64,000 nucleotides of DNA. It comes from Tubiluchus corallicola. Lineage: Eukaryota; Animalia; Priapulida. Below, piece after piece: positions 1-12,512 of the stretch (positions within the stretch are counted from its first letter, which is position 1; each line of letters opens with the position of its first letter). The stretch spans positions 19,108 to 83,107 of the forward strand of contig JAQGDQ010000647.1 of assembly GCA_030141605.1 (NCBI GenBank), given 5' to 3'. The notes below the pieces were generated by a model. It saw only the letters and a list, made by a program, of their open reading frames with translations, was not told the origin of the DNA and did no database searches. The position numbers and the translations under genes are program-made.

Positions 1-27
1 CTCTCTGCCTCTCTCTCTCTCACTCTA

Positions 28-109
<82 letters not shown>

Positions 110-138
110 CCTCTCTCTCTCTCTCTCCCCCTCTCTAT
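1..138. repeat. (CT)n microsatellite
   Basis: Direct reading. Confidence 0.97.
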
Positions 139-894
139 ACATAGGCCTGTATTTCAATTTTGCAATGATCTTGAAAGAAACTTACTAGCATGATGAGTGT
201 GCAGTAGCAAAGCAAACAGAACAATGAAACCAGCCAGAACCATGTCGTCGTTTTGTTCGACAGACTCGACCGAGAAGAAGATCAGAAGATCTGGAACATC
301 AACTCTGAAGATTTGTTACTCATATTTTCACAACAATTACTCATCTTCCGACTGCAAAGGATAAAATATCTGATAAAAATACTGAAATGATGTTTGAACA
401 ATTTAAAAATTAAACTTTAAGTCACTAATACAGATATTTTAAATGGAAAATGAGTGAACCTATAATTACATTATTTTTGAAGCCAAACTTGGCTGAAAAA
501 AAAGCGTGAAAGAGCTGAGCCTATAGCGAACTTTGAACTTAAAACAAGCAGTGTCTTACACTCTAGACCACACAGCCCCTTGTGGTTAAGGTAGGACATA
601 AAATTTAATCTATTCCCTAACTTAGATGCTGTACGTAACATATGTCATATACATATAACATATACATATGACAAGCTTGTATTAAGTACTTATAATGCAT
701 AAGTATTTGTTTATTGCGAAATAAATCTATTGAATTGAAAAAAAAGTTGAAAAAACTTAGATAACATTAAGATTTTCAAAATTTCGAGATTCATTTTTCT
801 TCAAACAACAACTGGAGCACAAGCAGATTGAGCTTTCTGAATAATTTGAGATTGTAAATTACAAATTGTAAAGCTGCGTGGCTGAGGAGACCTA

Positions 895-2578
895 AATTAC
901 CTATTTTGCTTTTGTAAATACATAATTAGTACTTAAGTTGCTGTATCAATTTCTTTACGTATCTGTTTAATCATTACCTATTTGGCTTTTGCAAATACAT
1001 AATTAGTGCATAAGTTACTGTATCAATTTCTTTACGTATCTGTTTAATCATTACCTATTTGGCTTTTGCAAATACATAATTAGTGCATAAGTTACTGTAT
1101 CAATTTCTTTACTGGTCTGCTTAATCATTACCTATTTGGCTTTTGCAAATACATAATTAGTGCTTAAGTTACTGTATCAATTTCTTTACGTATCTGTTTA
1201 ATCATTACCTATTTGGCTTTTGTAAATACATAATTAGTGCATAAGTTACTGTATCAATTTCTTTACTGGTCTGCTTAATCATTACCTATTTGGCTTTTGC
1301 AAATACATAATTAGTGCATAAGTTACTGTATCAATTTCTTTACTGGTCTGCTTAATCATTACCTATTTGGCTTTTGTAAATACATAATTAGTGCATAAGT
1401 TACTGTGTCAATTTCTTTACTGGTCTGTTCAATCATTACCTATTTGGCTTTTGCAAATACATAATTAGTGCATAAGTTACTTCTGTTTATTCATTACCTA
1501 TTTGGTTTTTGTAAATACATAATTAGTGCATAAGTTACTGTATCAATTTCTTTACTGGTCTGCTTAATCATTACCTATTTGGCTTTTGCAAATACATAAT
1601 TAGTGCATAAGTTACTTCTGTTTATTCATTACCTATTTGGTTTTTGTAAATACATAATTAGTGCTTAAGTTACTGTATCAATTTCTTTACTGGTCTGTTT
1701 ATTCATTACCTATTTGACTTTTGTAAATACATAATTAGTGCTTAAGTTACTGTATCAATTTCTTTACTTGTCCGTTTAATCATTACCTATTTGGCTTTTG
1801 CAAATACATAATTAGTGCATAAGTTACTGTATCAATTTCTTTTCTACAGGTCTGCTTAATCATTACCTATTTGGCTTTTGCAAATACATAATTAGTGCAT
1901 AAGTTACTGTATCAATTTCTTTATTTGTCCGTTTAATCATTACCTATTTGGCTTTTGCAAATACATAATTAGTGCATAAGTTACTGTATCAATTTCTTTT
2001 CTACAGGTCTGCTTAATCATTACCTATTTGGCTTTTGCAAATACATAATTAGTGCATAAGTTACTTCTGTTTATTCATTACCTATTTGGTTTTTGTAAAT
2101 ACATAATTAGTACATAAGTTACTGTATCAATTTCTTTACTGGTCTGTTTAATCATTACCTATTTGGCTTTTGCAAATACATAATTAGTGCATAAGTTACT
2201 GTATCAATTTCTTTACGTATCTGTTTAATCATTACCTATTTGGCTTTTGCAAATACATAATTAGTGCTTAAGTTACTGTATCAATTTCTTTACGTATCTG
2301 TTTAATCATTACCTATTTGGCTTTTGCAAATACATAATTAGTGCATAAGTTACTGTATCAATTTCTTTACTGGTCTGTTTAATCATTACCTACTTGGCTT
2401 TTGTAAATACATAATTAGTGCTTAAGTTGCTGTATCAATTTCTTTACTTGCCTGTTTATTCATTACCTATTTGGCTTCTGTTAAAAACATAATTAGTGCT
2501 TAAGTTACTGTATCAATTTCTCTACAGGTCTGCTTAATCATTACCTATTTGGCTTCTGTTAACTACTTAATTAGTGCA
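895..2578. repeat. 77-bp minisatellite, ~22 copies with recurring short deletion variants
   Basis: Unit ATTACCTATTTGGCTTTTGCAAATACATAATTAGTGCATAAGTTACTGTATCAATTTCTTTAC...; starts at 973, 1050, 1127. Confidence 0.95.
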
Positions 2579-2623
2579 TGACAGGCTCTGCCTATATAAA
2601 CTGGTTGCACGTTTGTAAATTTA

Positions 2624-2660
2624 CCACTGATGATGACAGCAGCAGCTAGTCGAACAAAAT
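2624..2660 (+). ncRNA. Degenerate Penelope-type minimal hammerhead ribozyme motif
   Basis: CTGATGA-T-GAC-AGC(AGCA)GCT-A-GTC-GAAC; GAAA core altered; related copy at 40181-40224 on the minus strand. Confidence 0.4.
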
Positions 2661-3169
2661 TAACGTTTTTATAAAGTTGTGTTATTTTTAACTATAAATA
2701 CTACTTATTTAATTAGAGCAAAATTTAATTTGCATGAGTTTCTGTTGAAAGGAGTTTTCGGGAATTACTAACCTTGTCAATCGACTTTTCTTTCAACACT
2801 TAGCGATGTTTCTGACCAATTCTAGCGTTGAATACTTATGACTGAGAAATGCACAAAGATTTCTAGTTTTTATATAACAAAACACTAAAACACATCAAGG
2901 CGCACGCGTTGCCGGAAAAACCTGTTTTGAAATAGAAACTTCGAGTAGAGCAGCCTTAAATTGTACTAACCTTTTGGTGTGATCTAGTTAGTGGAATTTT
3001 ACCGCCAGGGGTCGTTGTCTTACGCTCTACGTTGTATTAAAGGTGCAGAAAAAAGCTTTGGGCTAGTTTAGGCCTACTGTATGTATATGAACCCAGCCAA
3101 AATTGTGACTTTTCCTGTGACTTAATTACCGGTCGTCTTCTACGCATGCGTGATGTCTCAAGTTGCCCG

Positions 3170-3590
3170 CTCGTGTATAGGTACTGTGGAACAGCAGCAC
3201 CCCCTGTTTTCACTCAATGTTTTCGGTAATATTCAAAATAATAAGTCTTTTTTCTTTAGTTCTTTCTTTATATTTGTATGGACCAGAGCACGTGCGGGTA
3301 GTAGTGTTTGCTTCACAGCTCAGAACGGTGGTGTGCACGCTGCACTGCTAGCGTCTGCTGCTAGGTAGAGAAAGTACTGTCACTCATACAGTTTGTTGTC
3401 GGTTGTCACGTGCTTCGTAAAAATAATAAAATAATAAAAACGTGTACTGGCATATTCTAGAACTCAGCAATTTAAGATATTCGTTAGCAAAAAAAGTTTA
3501 AGATTTTATTATGTTTATGTGTAAAATGTCGTATATTTGTATGTTTGAAATTACAATTACAAATTACAATATTAAAATCCCAGTTTTTTT
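3170..3590 (+). mobile_element. Non-autonomous DNA transposon fragment, same family as 43820-44334
   Basis: Shared blocks GTACTGTGGAA...CAGCAC, TTTAGTTCTTTCTTTATATTTG, GGTAGAGAAAGTACTGTC. Confidence 0.6.
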
Positions 3591-3989
3591 TCACTCATCC
3601 ATTCTTTTTTCATCTGGTTCACATGACAGTGGGCTTATACAAGCCTTTGCTTCTCTAGCCCACTGCAGTACAATTATTCTTTTATGATAACGATAGTGTA
3701 TGAAATCTAACAATCTGATTCAGTATGACGTAATAATTTTGATGTCACTGTGTGCTTAATGTCATTATATTGTACTGAATGTGATAATAATAAAACTAAA
3801 CTAGTAACACAAATAGCTTGTTGCTTGACTCTTTCGGTTATTGAAAAGTGACCTGATTGAATTCTCGAGTGTTTTTTTCTAGTTAAACTTGATCAAGCAA
3901 AACTTATCGGAAATAAAATTGTTGTGAAATTGGTTTATATACATTATCATCAGCAGTACGTTAATCATTATGACGTCATCATAATTATG

Positions 3990-4690
3990 GTGAGCTGCTC
4001 ACATTTTGTCTATAGCATTGTCTCCAACCACTTCTATCTGCAGCTAAGAGCGCAATTCTTCTACTTCTAAAGAAAGATTTGGTTGAAGTTGTTGAACATC
4101 TTTATTTATCTTAGCTATCCAAGTTGTTTTTGGTTTACCAGGTGGTTTTTTGGCAAGGTTTTAAGGCTCCTTTAAGGCGATTCTTACTGGTGCTTCATTT
4201 GGTAATCTTAGAAGATGTCCTAGTCATCTTAATCTTCGGATCTTGATCTTTGAACTCTAAGGAATTTCTTTCATTCTGGTGTATATATCTTAATTTTTGA
4301 TTATGTGTGGCCATCTTATCTTTAAAACTTTCCTAGGAAGACTTCTATGAAATGAGACAATCTCTTTTTCTTGAGTAATCGTTAAACCCCAAGTTGTCAC
4401 TGTTGTGCACAAATATGCTGGTACCGTAAGCATTAAATAATCGAAGTATTACGTTAAGAGACTTATTTTCTTGCTAGTTAATACATTCTTATGCTGAAGA
4501 AAAGAATGAATTGCTTTTGCTTTCTGCTATAAATGTCGTCTTCGGTGTCTAGAAAAGTGCCTGTGTACTTGCACTTTTTTCAAGACTGATTACCATCTCT
4601 TGCAATAATATATTCTTCAGTTTTTGACTGGTTTACTTGAAGATTTCTTTTCTCAAGTTTTTCGGAAAATCCATTTTTATTGTTAGTATG
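3990..4690 (-). mobile_element. RTE-clade LINE ORF2 3' fragment (degenerate)
   Basis: Minus strand reads ...[18 protein letters not shown]...[16 protein letters not shown]...DRSGWRQ with stops and frameshifts; near-identical copy at 41150-41715. Confidence 0.75.
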
Positions 4691-5116
4691 AAAATTTGAT
4701 ACACTGATCCATCACTGTGCATTGTGCGACAATTATAAAATTTTCCAGAACGTTAACTAACAGCGCCATCTATAGGGCCTGTCAAGCACGAAACCTGAAT
4801 TTTGTCGAGACACAACGCAGCGAACAGACAAAGTCTAGCTGTCAGTATAAAAAGTTTTCAAATTTACGCTTTAGTTATACCAGTGAATGACAAACCTTTA
4901 TTGAAATGACAAACAATAATGATTACACTCACAATTGTACAATATTTGACGAATATAATTCACACTTGAGAACAGCCTCACCACGATTCTTGCATTATCT
5001 CTATTATATTTACTTGTAGTGCTAAACGTATAGCAAAAGAAGTGGGCAGAGATTTCAATAATGCAGATTCTAAACAAAATCTACGATCCTTGATATGTTG
5101 TTGCCTGCTACTTTAA

Positions 5117-5770
5117 AGTGCAAGAAAACCCTCCACTTACATAAAGCTTTAAAAATCGTCTTAAAATTTTATATCACTTACATACTGCCTTTTCGCACGC
5201 AGAACTTGCATCAACATGTAAATTTAAACTCCCGCAACGACCATTAGACGCAGCCATTTTGATGATAAGTCATTTGAAACAAGTTTTGATAACACTGAGT
5301 AAAGTTTGAAAAAGTAATCAGGGCATTCGTAGTTCACACGTCACTAAGTAAAACTTAAAATTACCGTATCTTGTCAATAGGATTAAAAATACGTTTTTGG
5401 TTAACGAGTGCTGCACTCTGGAGGGTGAGTCAGCGACATTTTACCAATTGGTGAAAACATTTTGAATAATTAGCAATTTTTTTAGTTAAATAGGCTTTCA
5501 AGCAGGTAAGTAAAGTGCAAAGTAATATAACTTTGCATGGAAAGTTTTTTGAGATATAATTTAACATTGCCATTTCTTCCCCCGTTTTACATTGTGTGTA
5601 TATGACGTCATGTAATGGCGCAGTCTGATCCTTACTGCGGGAGATTTAAGATGAAAAACAAAAACTCCTTTCAACGCGAGTACGATACCTGCATAGAGTT
5701 GCTATAAAGTAATAAAAATTTTTAAAGCGATTTTTCTGAAACCTACTTCAGGTGCCCCTTTTCTTGTCCT
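5117..5770 (-). mobile_element. Kolobok-like non-autonomous element, family C
   Basis: TTAA flanks; ends AGTGCAAGAAAA / TTTTCTTGTCCT; inverted copy at 52396-53211. Confidence 0.7.
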
Positions 5771-6276
5771 TTAAAGAAACAAGACCAAATAGACATGTCC
5801 ACCCTGATTTATAATGAAGAAAAAAGCAAGCATAATCTACACGATAAACCACTAAAAACCAGCGAAAAAACAACAAAAATATCTGTGATTTCCCACAATT
5901 CTTTGCAGTTACAGTTATTATTACCCTGCAAAAATGAACACATTATTAATTCCATAGATGCAACACAGACAATATAAATCTGCTGCCTACTGCTGGACAG
6001 CAGAGAAAAATACCGCAGGTACGAACGGACAGACAGACAGGCGGTGGCAAAATAAAAAATGTTAGTGACTTTATTAGACGACAAGAATTATATGATCTGC
6101 AAAACAGTTAAACAGCACGATTCCAAGTATGATAAAAGTAAGTTGTTTAGATTTAAAACGTTTTTTAGACATTCGGGTTGTCCAGCTGAAACGTCGCCGA
6201 CCAACTTTACTCTAAGAATCCGCTATGTTAACATACAAAATCAAGACGACACGATTTTTTTAAAATTTTAATCAAA

Positions 6277-6937
6277 AGTGTGCTTGCAAACCAAAATCGT
6301 CCACAAGTCGGCATAGTTAAAACTACGTTATGGTGCTTTAAAGTAAAATGCAGCAAAAATTTTTTCAAATGTCAGTTTATTTTTTAGGTAAACAAATGCT
6401 AAATATATTTTACTTTTATATTCTAGCATTCATTTATCAAGAAAATGTTCAAAAAATATTAGAATTTCATTTTACAATTCCGTACCCCTTTCTCTGGCTA
6501 GAAACTCCTACAAGAATTTTGAAAAACTTGTACATGTATTTTCAAACTCCAATAGTAACTCGTGGAAGCAGTCATTTTGCTTCAGGTTTCGTCTGTTGCC
6601 AAACCCAGATCCTTGTCAGAAAGAGCCATCTACTGGATTTAAACATAAATGTGTTCTTGTAAAGTCCGTAGCAACCAACCTTTTATACGGTTGCAAAGTG
6701 TTTTGTAGAAATGCGACAAAAAACAATGGCTGACTTTAACATTGATTTTCTCAAGATTACGTTTTTCAGTGTGCAGCCTGCACCTCAACTTCAATGTGGA
6801 TTATCTCAGCTTAGAAACAACATAGGACAATGAACTTGGTACCAAAATGATCATCAATGAATGCAGATTCAGGAGATGTGAATAACTAGAAAAGCTTAAT
6901 TGCCGACTTACGGATGATTTTGGTATGCAAGCACACA
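6277..6937. mobile_element. MITE with TGTGTGCTTGCA TIRs
   Basis: Terminal GTGTGCTTGCA / TGCAAGCACACA; inverted homologue at 29368-29977. Confidence 0.8.
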
Positions 6938-7415
6938 AATACGCCTTGAGTCATGCGACAAATTTCTTCCTACACTGGAGAAAAAGTTAAAGCATTAAAA
7001 TATGTCTAAAAATCAACACAGTACAACAGTCAAAAGAAACTTTGCACACATTTGCAATAACTGATAAAACACATTCACACAATATACAAAATTTTTCATC
7101 AATAAATCATAAATAATAATAATCAGCCTAACATGATTTCACGCTTCGTCAGTCGTGTGTAATTTTTTCGACAAACATTGTATAAAACTATGTTCTTTTA
7201 CATACGATGTAGCATAATTATATAAAAACGTGTCATAAACGTGTACAAGAAATAGGTTCTTTACGCAACAACTGCTAAATAAGCTCATTTCAAAATATAC
7301 CGAGTGGATTCAAAACCAGCTGTACTTAGCATCGTATTAAGTGAGATTAGTGATTTCTGTTCCAACAGATGTCGCTACAAGTTATCTCCAAATGTAAGCT
7401 GTAGCAGTGTTTCAA

Positions 7416-8454
7416 CTCCTTCGGGACCGCACCACTCGTAATAGGTTTTGTAGGACCTACGACTTTTCTGCTACTGTATGAGCACAGACATAACTAAATG
7501 ATTGCAAATTAGGTACTGTTCTATTCAGGAGAATCTTTGCTATCTAGTCATGGTATTTGTTTAAACATTTATAAGTGATTTGATTGGATAAAATTAAGAA
7601 AAACTCGCCATTTTCAGACACTCCAACTTAGCCGATTGAGTAGCTTAGTCTGGTGCAGACTTGCGTGATCGTTAGGGGTGAGCGTTCTCTACCAGAAAGC
7701 GAATTCGAATCGAACCGAATTTGTGACTTTCGAATTCGAATCGAACCGAACTTCAGTGTTTCGAATTCAAACCGAAATCGAATTGAGATCGAAAGATTTT
7801 CGAACAAGTTTTCGAACTACCAGTAAAAATTAGTCTTACAAAGATCATGCATATCACTAGATTTTGTTCTGCAAGAAAACGACTAGTAATTGGTATAAAA
7901 TTGTGTGCTGAAATCACAGCTAAATTATGCTAATTTCATGATGTCTTGAAAAATCGTTTTAGTGATAAAGAACATGTGTGATTGAAGTGCTGAATTATTC
8001 GAATCTACAGTTTTGGATTCGAATCGAGTTCGAACTAAAAAAACTCGTTCGAATCGAACTCGAACGTTCGATGCTCACCCCTAGTGATCGTACACACTAT
8101 TTTATTGAATGGTGTACAGAATTCATGTAAAAGGCAACTAGTCAACTGAGGAGAAATTAAAGTCAATTCATCTTTTAACAGGAAATTCCGTGTCTGGATA
8201 GGTGAAATTTTCTGCTTTAGCTGATTTCACACAACTGATACTCTACATTGTTACAGTGCAAACAATGCAGTTTCATCAAAAATGGATTTTTACTTTGTCT
8301 AAGATAAGCAAATGCATTTCATATATAATTTCGCATAAAAATCCATTGTGTGAGGAGCAGAAGCCTATCAATTATGATATAACTATTGCTTAGTGTGAGC
8401 AGTTTTTCATGAAGCCATGCGCAACTGCAACAAACACTTACAGTCCTGAAGGAG
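7416..8454. mobile_element. piggyBac-like MITE hosting a nested hAT MITE
   Basis: TCAA-CTCCTTCGGGAC ... GTCCTGAAGGAG-TTAA inverted termini. Confidence 0.6.
7673..8083 (+). mobile_element. hAT-type MITE (TAGGGGTGAGC TIR, TTCGAA-rich subterminal repeats)
   Basis: Perfect 8-bp TSD GTGATCGT (7665-7672 and 8084-8091). Confidence 0.9.
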
Positions 8455-9039
8455 TTAATCATAACGCAACAAGACTGCCTTGAAATCTCTAATCACGAAG
8501 CAAAGAACATCGAAAGTGCACCAAGTGGTTAGAAAACCAAATGTTTGATAGTAATAGTTGATTTGTGCTCTAAATTAATACCTTTACAATATCCATCTGC
8601 AGTTTAAATATATACAACTTTCACATAGACAAACTAGTAGCTTTTTATATATAATCTGACTCGCGTCTCAGTGTGGTAACTGTGGCCTTAATACTTATCA
8701 ATGATATGCAATAGCCGAGCCTCAAGAAACTTTAGTAAGATCTCAACATAGTAGCCCACTGGCATCCAAAATAATTCAACATTAATACAGCCATTGTATC
8801 GCTATTAAAAACGTAATACTGCTCGTTAAGGCGCGTTCAGACTAGCGAGTTTTCTCGCCAAGTTAACTAGCAAAGTAACTCGCAATCATCTTCAGACTAG
8901 AGAGCAAAACTTGCTGTAACTTAGGTATGCCAGGTTATGTTCAAGTAAGGAGGGGTTTTTGGCTAGGTTGTATGACATTATGTCAAATAGGGGTTACTCT
9001 ACGACGAGTCTTCTTCAATCTTGTAAAAATGTCTTTAGA

Positions 9040-9640
9040 AGTTATCACTTTAACACCTAAGGTCGTGCAGTCAATGTATTATGTGTCATGTCTGTAGTTA
9101 TCACTTTAACATCTAAGGTTGGGCAGTCAATGTATTATGTGTCATGTCTGTAGTTATCACTTTAACATCTAAGGTTGGGCAGTCAATGTATTATGTGTCA
9201 TGTCTGTAGTTATCACTTTAACATCTAAGGTTGGGCAGTCAATGTATTATGTGTTATGTCTGTAGTTATCACTTTAACATCTAAGGTAGGGCAGTCAATG
9301 TATTATGTGTTATGTCTGTAGTTATCACTTTAATATATAAGGTTGGGCAGTCAATGTATTATGTGTTATGTCTGTAGTTATCATTTTAACATCTAAGGTT
9401 GGGGGCAGTCAATGTATTATGTGTTATGTCTGTAGTTGTCACTTTACCATCTAAGATTGGACAGTCAATGTATTATGTGTTATGTCTGTAGTTGTCACTT
9501 TAACATCTAAGATTGGACAGTCAATGTATTATGTGTTATGTCTGTAGTTATCACTTTAACATCTAAGGTTGGGCAGTCAATGTATTATGTGTTATGTCTG
9601 TAGTTATCACTTTAACATCTAAGGTTGGGCAGTCAATGTG
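9040..9640. repeat. 56-bp minisatellite, ~10.5 copies
   Basis: Unit TGTATTATGTGTTATGTCTGTAGTTATCACTTTAACATCTAAGGTTGGGCAGTCAA. Confidence 0.95.
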
Positions 9641-9644
9641 ACTA

Positions 9645-11486
9645 TGTCCCCGCCAGGAGAGTATGAAGGTAGCGAGTAGGGACCGGGTCCCCGCCAGGAG
9701 AGTTTGAAGGTAGTGAGTAGGGACCAGGTCCCCGCAGGGAAAGTTTGAAGGTAGTGAGTAGGGACCGGGTCCCCGCCAGGAGAGTTTGAAGGTAGCGAGT
9801 AGGGACCGGGTCCCCACCAAGAGAGTTTGAAGGTAGTGAGTAGGGACCGGGTCTCCGCCAGGAGAGTTTGAAGGTAGTGAGTAGGGACCGGGTCTTTGCC
9901 AGGAGAGTTTGAAGGTAGTGAGTAGGGACCGGGTCTTTGCCAGGAGAGTTTGAAGATAGTGAGTAGGGACCGGGTCCCCGCCAGGAGAGTTTGAAGATAG
10001 TGAGTAGGGACCGGGTCCCCGCCAGGAGAGTTTGAAGGTAGTGAGTAGGGACCGGGTCCCCGCCAGGAGAGTTTGAAGGTAGTGAGTAGGGACCGGGTCC
10101 CCGCAGGGAAAGTTTGAAGGTAGTGAGTAGGGACCAGGTCCCCGCCAGGAGTTTGAAGGTAGTGAGTAGGGACCGGGTCCCCGCAGGGAAAGTTTGAAGG
10201 TAGTGAGTAGGGACCAGGTCTTTGCCAGGAGAATTTGATGGTAGTGAGTAGGGACCGGGTCCCCGCAGGGAGAGTTTGAAGGTAGTGAGTAGGGACCGGG
10301 TCTTTGCCAGGAGAGTTTGATGGTAGTGAGTAGGGACCGGGTCCCCGCAGGGAGAGTTTGAAGATAGTGAGTAGGGACCGGGTCCCCGCAGGGAAAGTTT
10401 GAAGGTAGTGAGTAGGGACCGGGTCCCCGCAGGGAAAGTTTGAAGGTAGTGAGTAGGGACCAGGTCCCCGCCAGGAGAGTTTGAAGGTAGTGAGTAGGGA
10501 CCAGGTCCCCGCAGGGAAAGTTTGAAGGTAGTGAGTAGGGACCAGGTCCCCACCAGGAGAGTTTGAAAGTAGTGAGTAGGGACCAGGTCCCCACCAGGAG
10601 AGTTTGAAAGTAGTGAGTAGGGACCAGGTCCCCGCAGGGAAAGTTTGAAGGTAGTGAGTAGGGACCAGGTCCCCGCCAGGAGAGTTTGAAGGTAGTGAGT
10701 AGGGACCGGGTCCCCGCCAGGAGAGTTTGAAGGTAGTGAGTAGGGACCGGGTCCCCGCAGGGAAAGTTTGAAGGTAGTGAGTAGGGACCGGGTCCCCACC
10801 AGGAGAGTTTGAAGGTAGCGAGTAGGGACCGGGTCCCTGCCTGGGGAGTTTGAAGGTAGTGAGTAGGGACCGGGTCCCCACCAGGAGAGTTTGAAGGTAG
10901 CGAGTAGGGACCGGGTCCCCGCCAGGAGAGTTTGAAGCTAGCGAGTAGGGACCGGGTCCCCGCCAGGAGAGTTTGAAGCTAGTGAGTAGGGACCAGGTCC
11001 ATGCTGGGAGAGTTTGAAGCTAGTGAGTAGGGACCGGGTCCCTGCAGGGAGAGTTTGAAGATAACGAGTAGGGACCAGGTCCCCGCCAGGAGAGTTTGAA
11101 GCTAGTGAGTAGGGACCGGGTCCCTGCAGGGAGAGTTTGAAGCTAGTGAGTAGGCACCGGGTCTTCGCCGGGAGAGTTTGAAGCTAGCGAGTAGGGACCA
11201 GGTCCGTGCTGGGAGAGTTTGAAGCTAGTGAGTAGGGACCGGGTCTTTGCCAGGAGAGTTTGATGGTAGTGAGTAGGGACCGGGTCCCCGCAGGGAGAGT
11301 TTGAAGATAGTGAGTAGGGACCGGGTCCCCGCAGGGAAAGTTTGAAGGTAGTGAGTAGGGACCAGGTCCCCGCAGGGAAAGTTTGAAGGTAGTGAGTAGG
11401 GACCAGGTCCCCGCCAGGAGAGTTTGAAGGTAGTGAGTAGGAACCAGGTCCCCGCAGGGAAAGTTTGAAGGTAGTGAGTAGGGACC
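9645..11486. repeat. 41-bp GC-rich minisatellite, ~45 copies
   Basis: Unit GTAGTGAGTAGGGACCGGGTCCCCGCCAGGAGAGTTTGAAG. Confidence 0.96.
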
Positions 11487-12409
11487 GAAATCTGAATCTT
11501 TTCCAGTGCTTCACCTGATGACCCTTTTCCTTTGGTGGTAATTTTGTACATGTGCACCATTGTAGATTGTATGATTTGCAGTTGTTTGTCTCTTTTTGTT
11601 GTTTGTGTCTGTGGTGTTGATGTCATTTGAGTTTAATTATCCTCCAATAGTAAAGGTAAGATCACACTTGTTTCACTATTCGCTGCAAGACTGCCGAAAG
11701 TGAATGCTGTAGGCATTCACACTAGTAAATGAACGCAGACAGTAAATTTTTGCAATTTTTCGCCGACGGCAACTCACGAAGCAGTTCACACTCACAAGTT
11801 TGCTGTCAGACAGAAAACTTACAACAAACATACTCCCTAGTCTGAACGCGACGTTACGACTAAAGTGCAAGGGCGAGACAGAGTGCACGCAAAATTAACG
11901 AATTTGGAAACCCAATCTGGCCGAAAAGAAGAAAGTGTGAAAAAGTTGTTACTGCATCTGCATTTGAACCAAGGACCCGTGGATCGCAGCTTCGTACTGC
12001 TCTCCCGCGGTAACTGGCTTCATTCTACATTTAATAACAATTATCCTTCAATTAGGGCTATAAATAACTGAAGTACACAATTATCATAAGTTAATAATAT
12101 TATAACACAAAAATAAAGGAGATTCGTTTTCCTAATTCAAAAGCCATTACGCCCAATCGTTTCTCCCAACAAATACCCAAATTTTTTTCTGAAACTCGCA
12201 AATGAGGAAACACATGAACTACATCAACACAAGATACTGCCAAGCTGCCACAAAATCTTGTCCCGGCCGGCGCTCGGAAATTTGCAAGTCCACTGCAGGG
12301 AAATTGCCCCGCGTTTTAAAAAGTGATCGGATTTTTTTACATAGATGGCGCACGCGACAATCCAGAATACAGAAGAACGTCCAACACGACAAGCGCAACG
12401 TGACAATAT

Positions 12410-12512
12410 CTACGCCTCGACCTCGTCCGGCTCTTCGCCTTTCAGACGTAAGCGAGCAAAGTCCTCGAATATTATATCGTCGTCTTGGTCGGCGTAGCAG
12501 TTCGCGTCCTCC
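12410..12512 (-). CDS. ARRB: beta-arrestin last coding exon ([33 protein letters not shown])
   Basis: TTTTCAG acceptor; AP-2-binding [12 protein letters not shown]; TAG at 12410-12412. Confidence 0.97.

Noticed and set aside
505-600. tRNA-like sequence on the minus strand (GGGGCTGTGTGGTCTAGAGTG...)
   Set aside because: No intact B-box or cloverleaf; at most a decayed SINE head.
11505-11550. CTGATGA hammerhead-like core (also at ~29662 and ~41735)
   Set aside because: No stem II followed by GAAA.
9563-11626. Long ORFs (343-420 aa) in three minus-strand frames
   Set aside because: All are translations of the 41-bp repeat cycling through the same peptide; no domain and no splice context.
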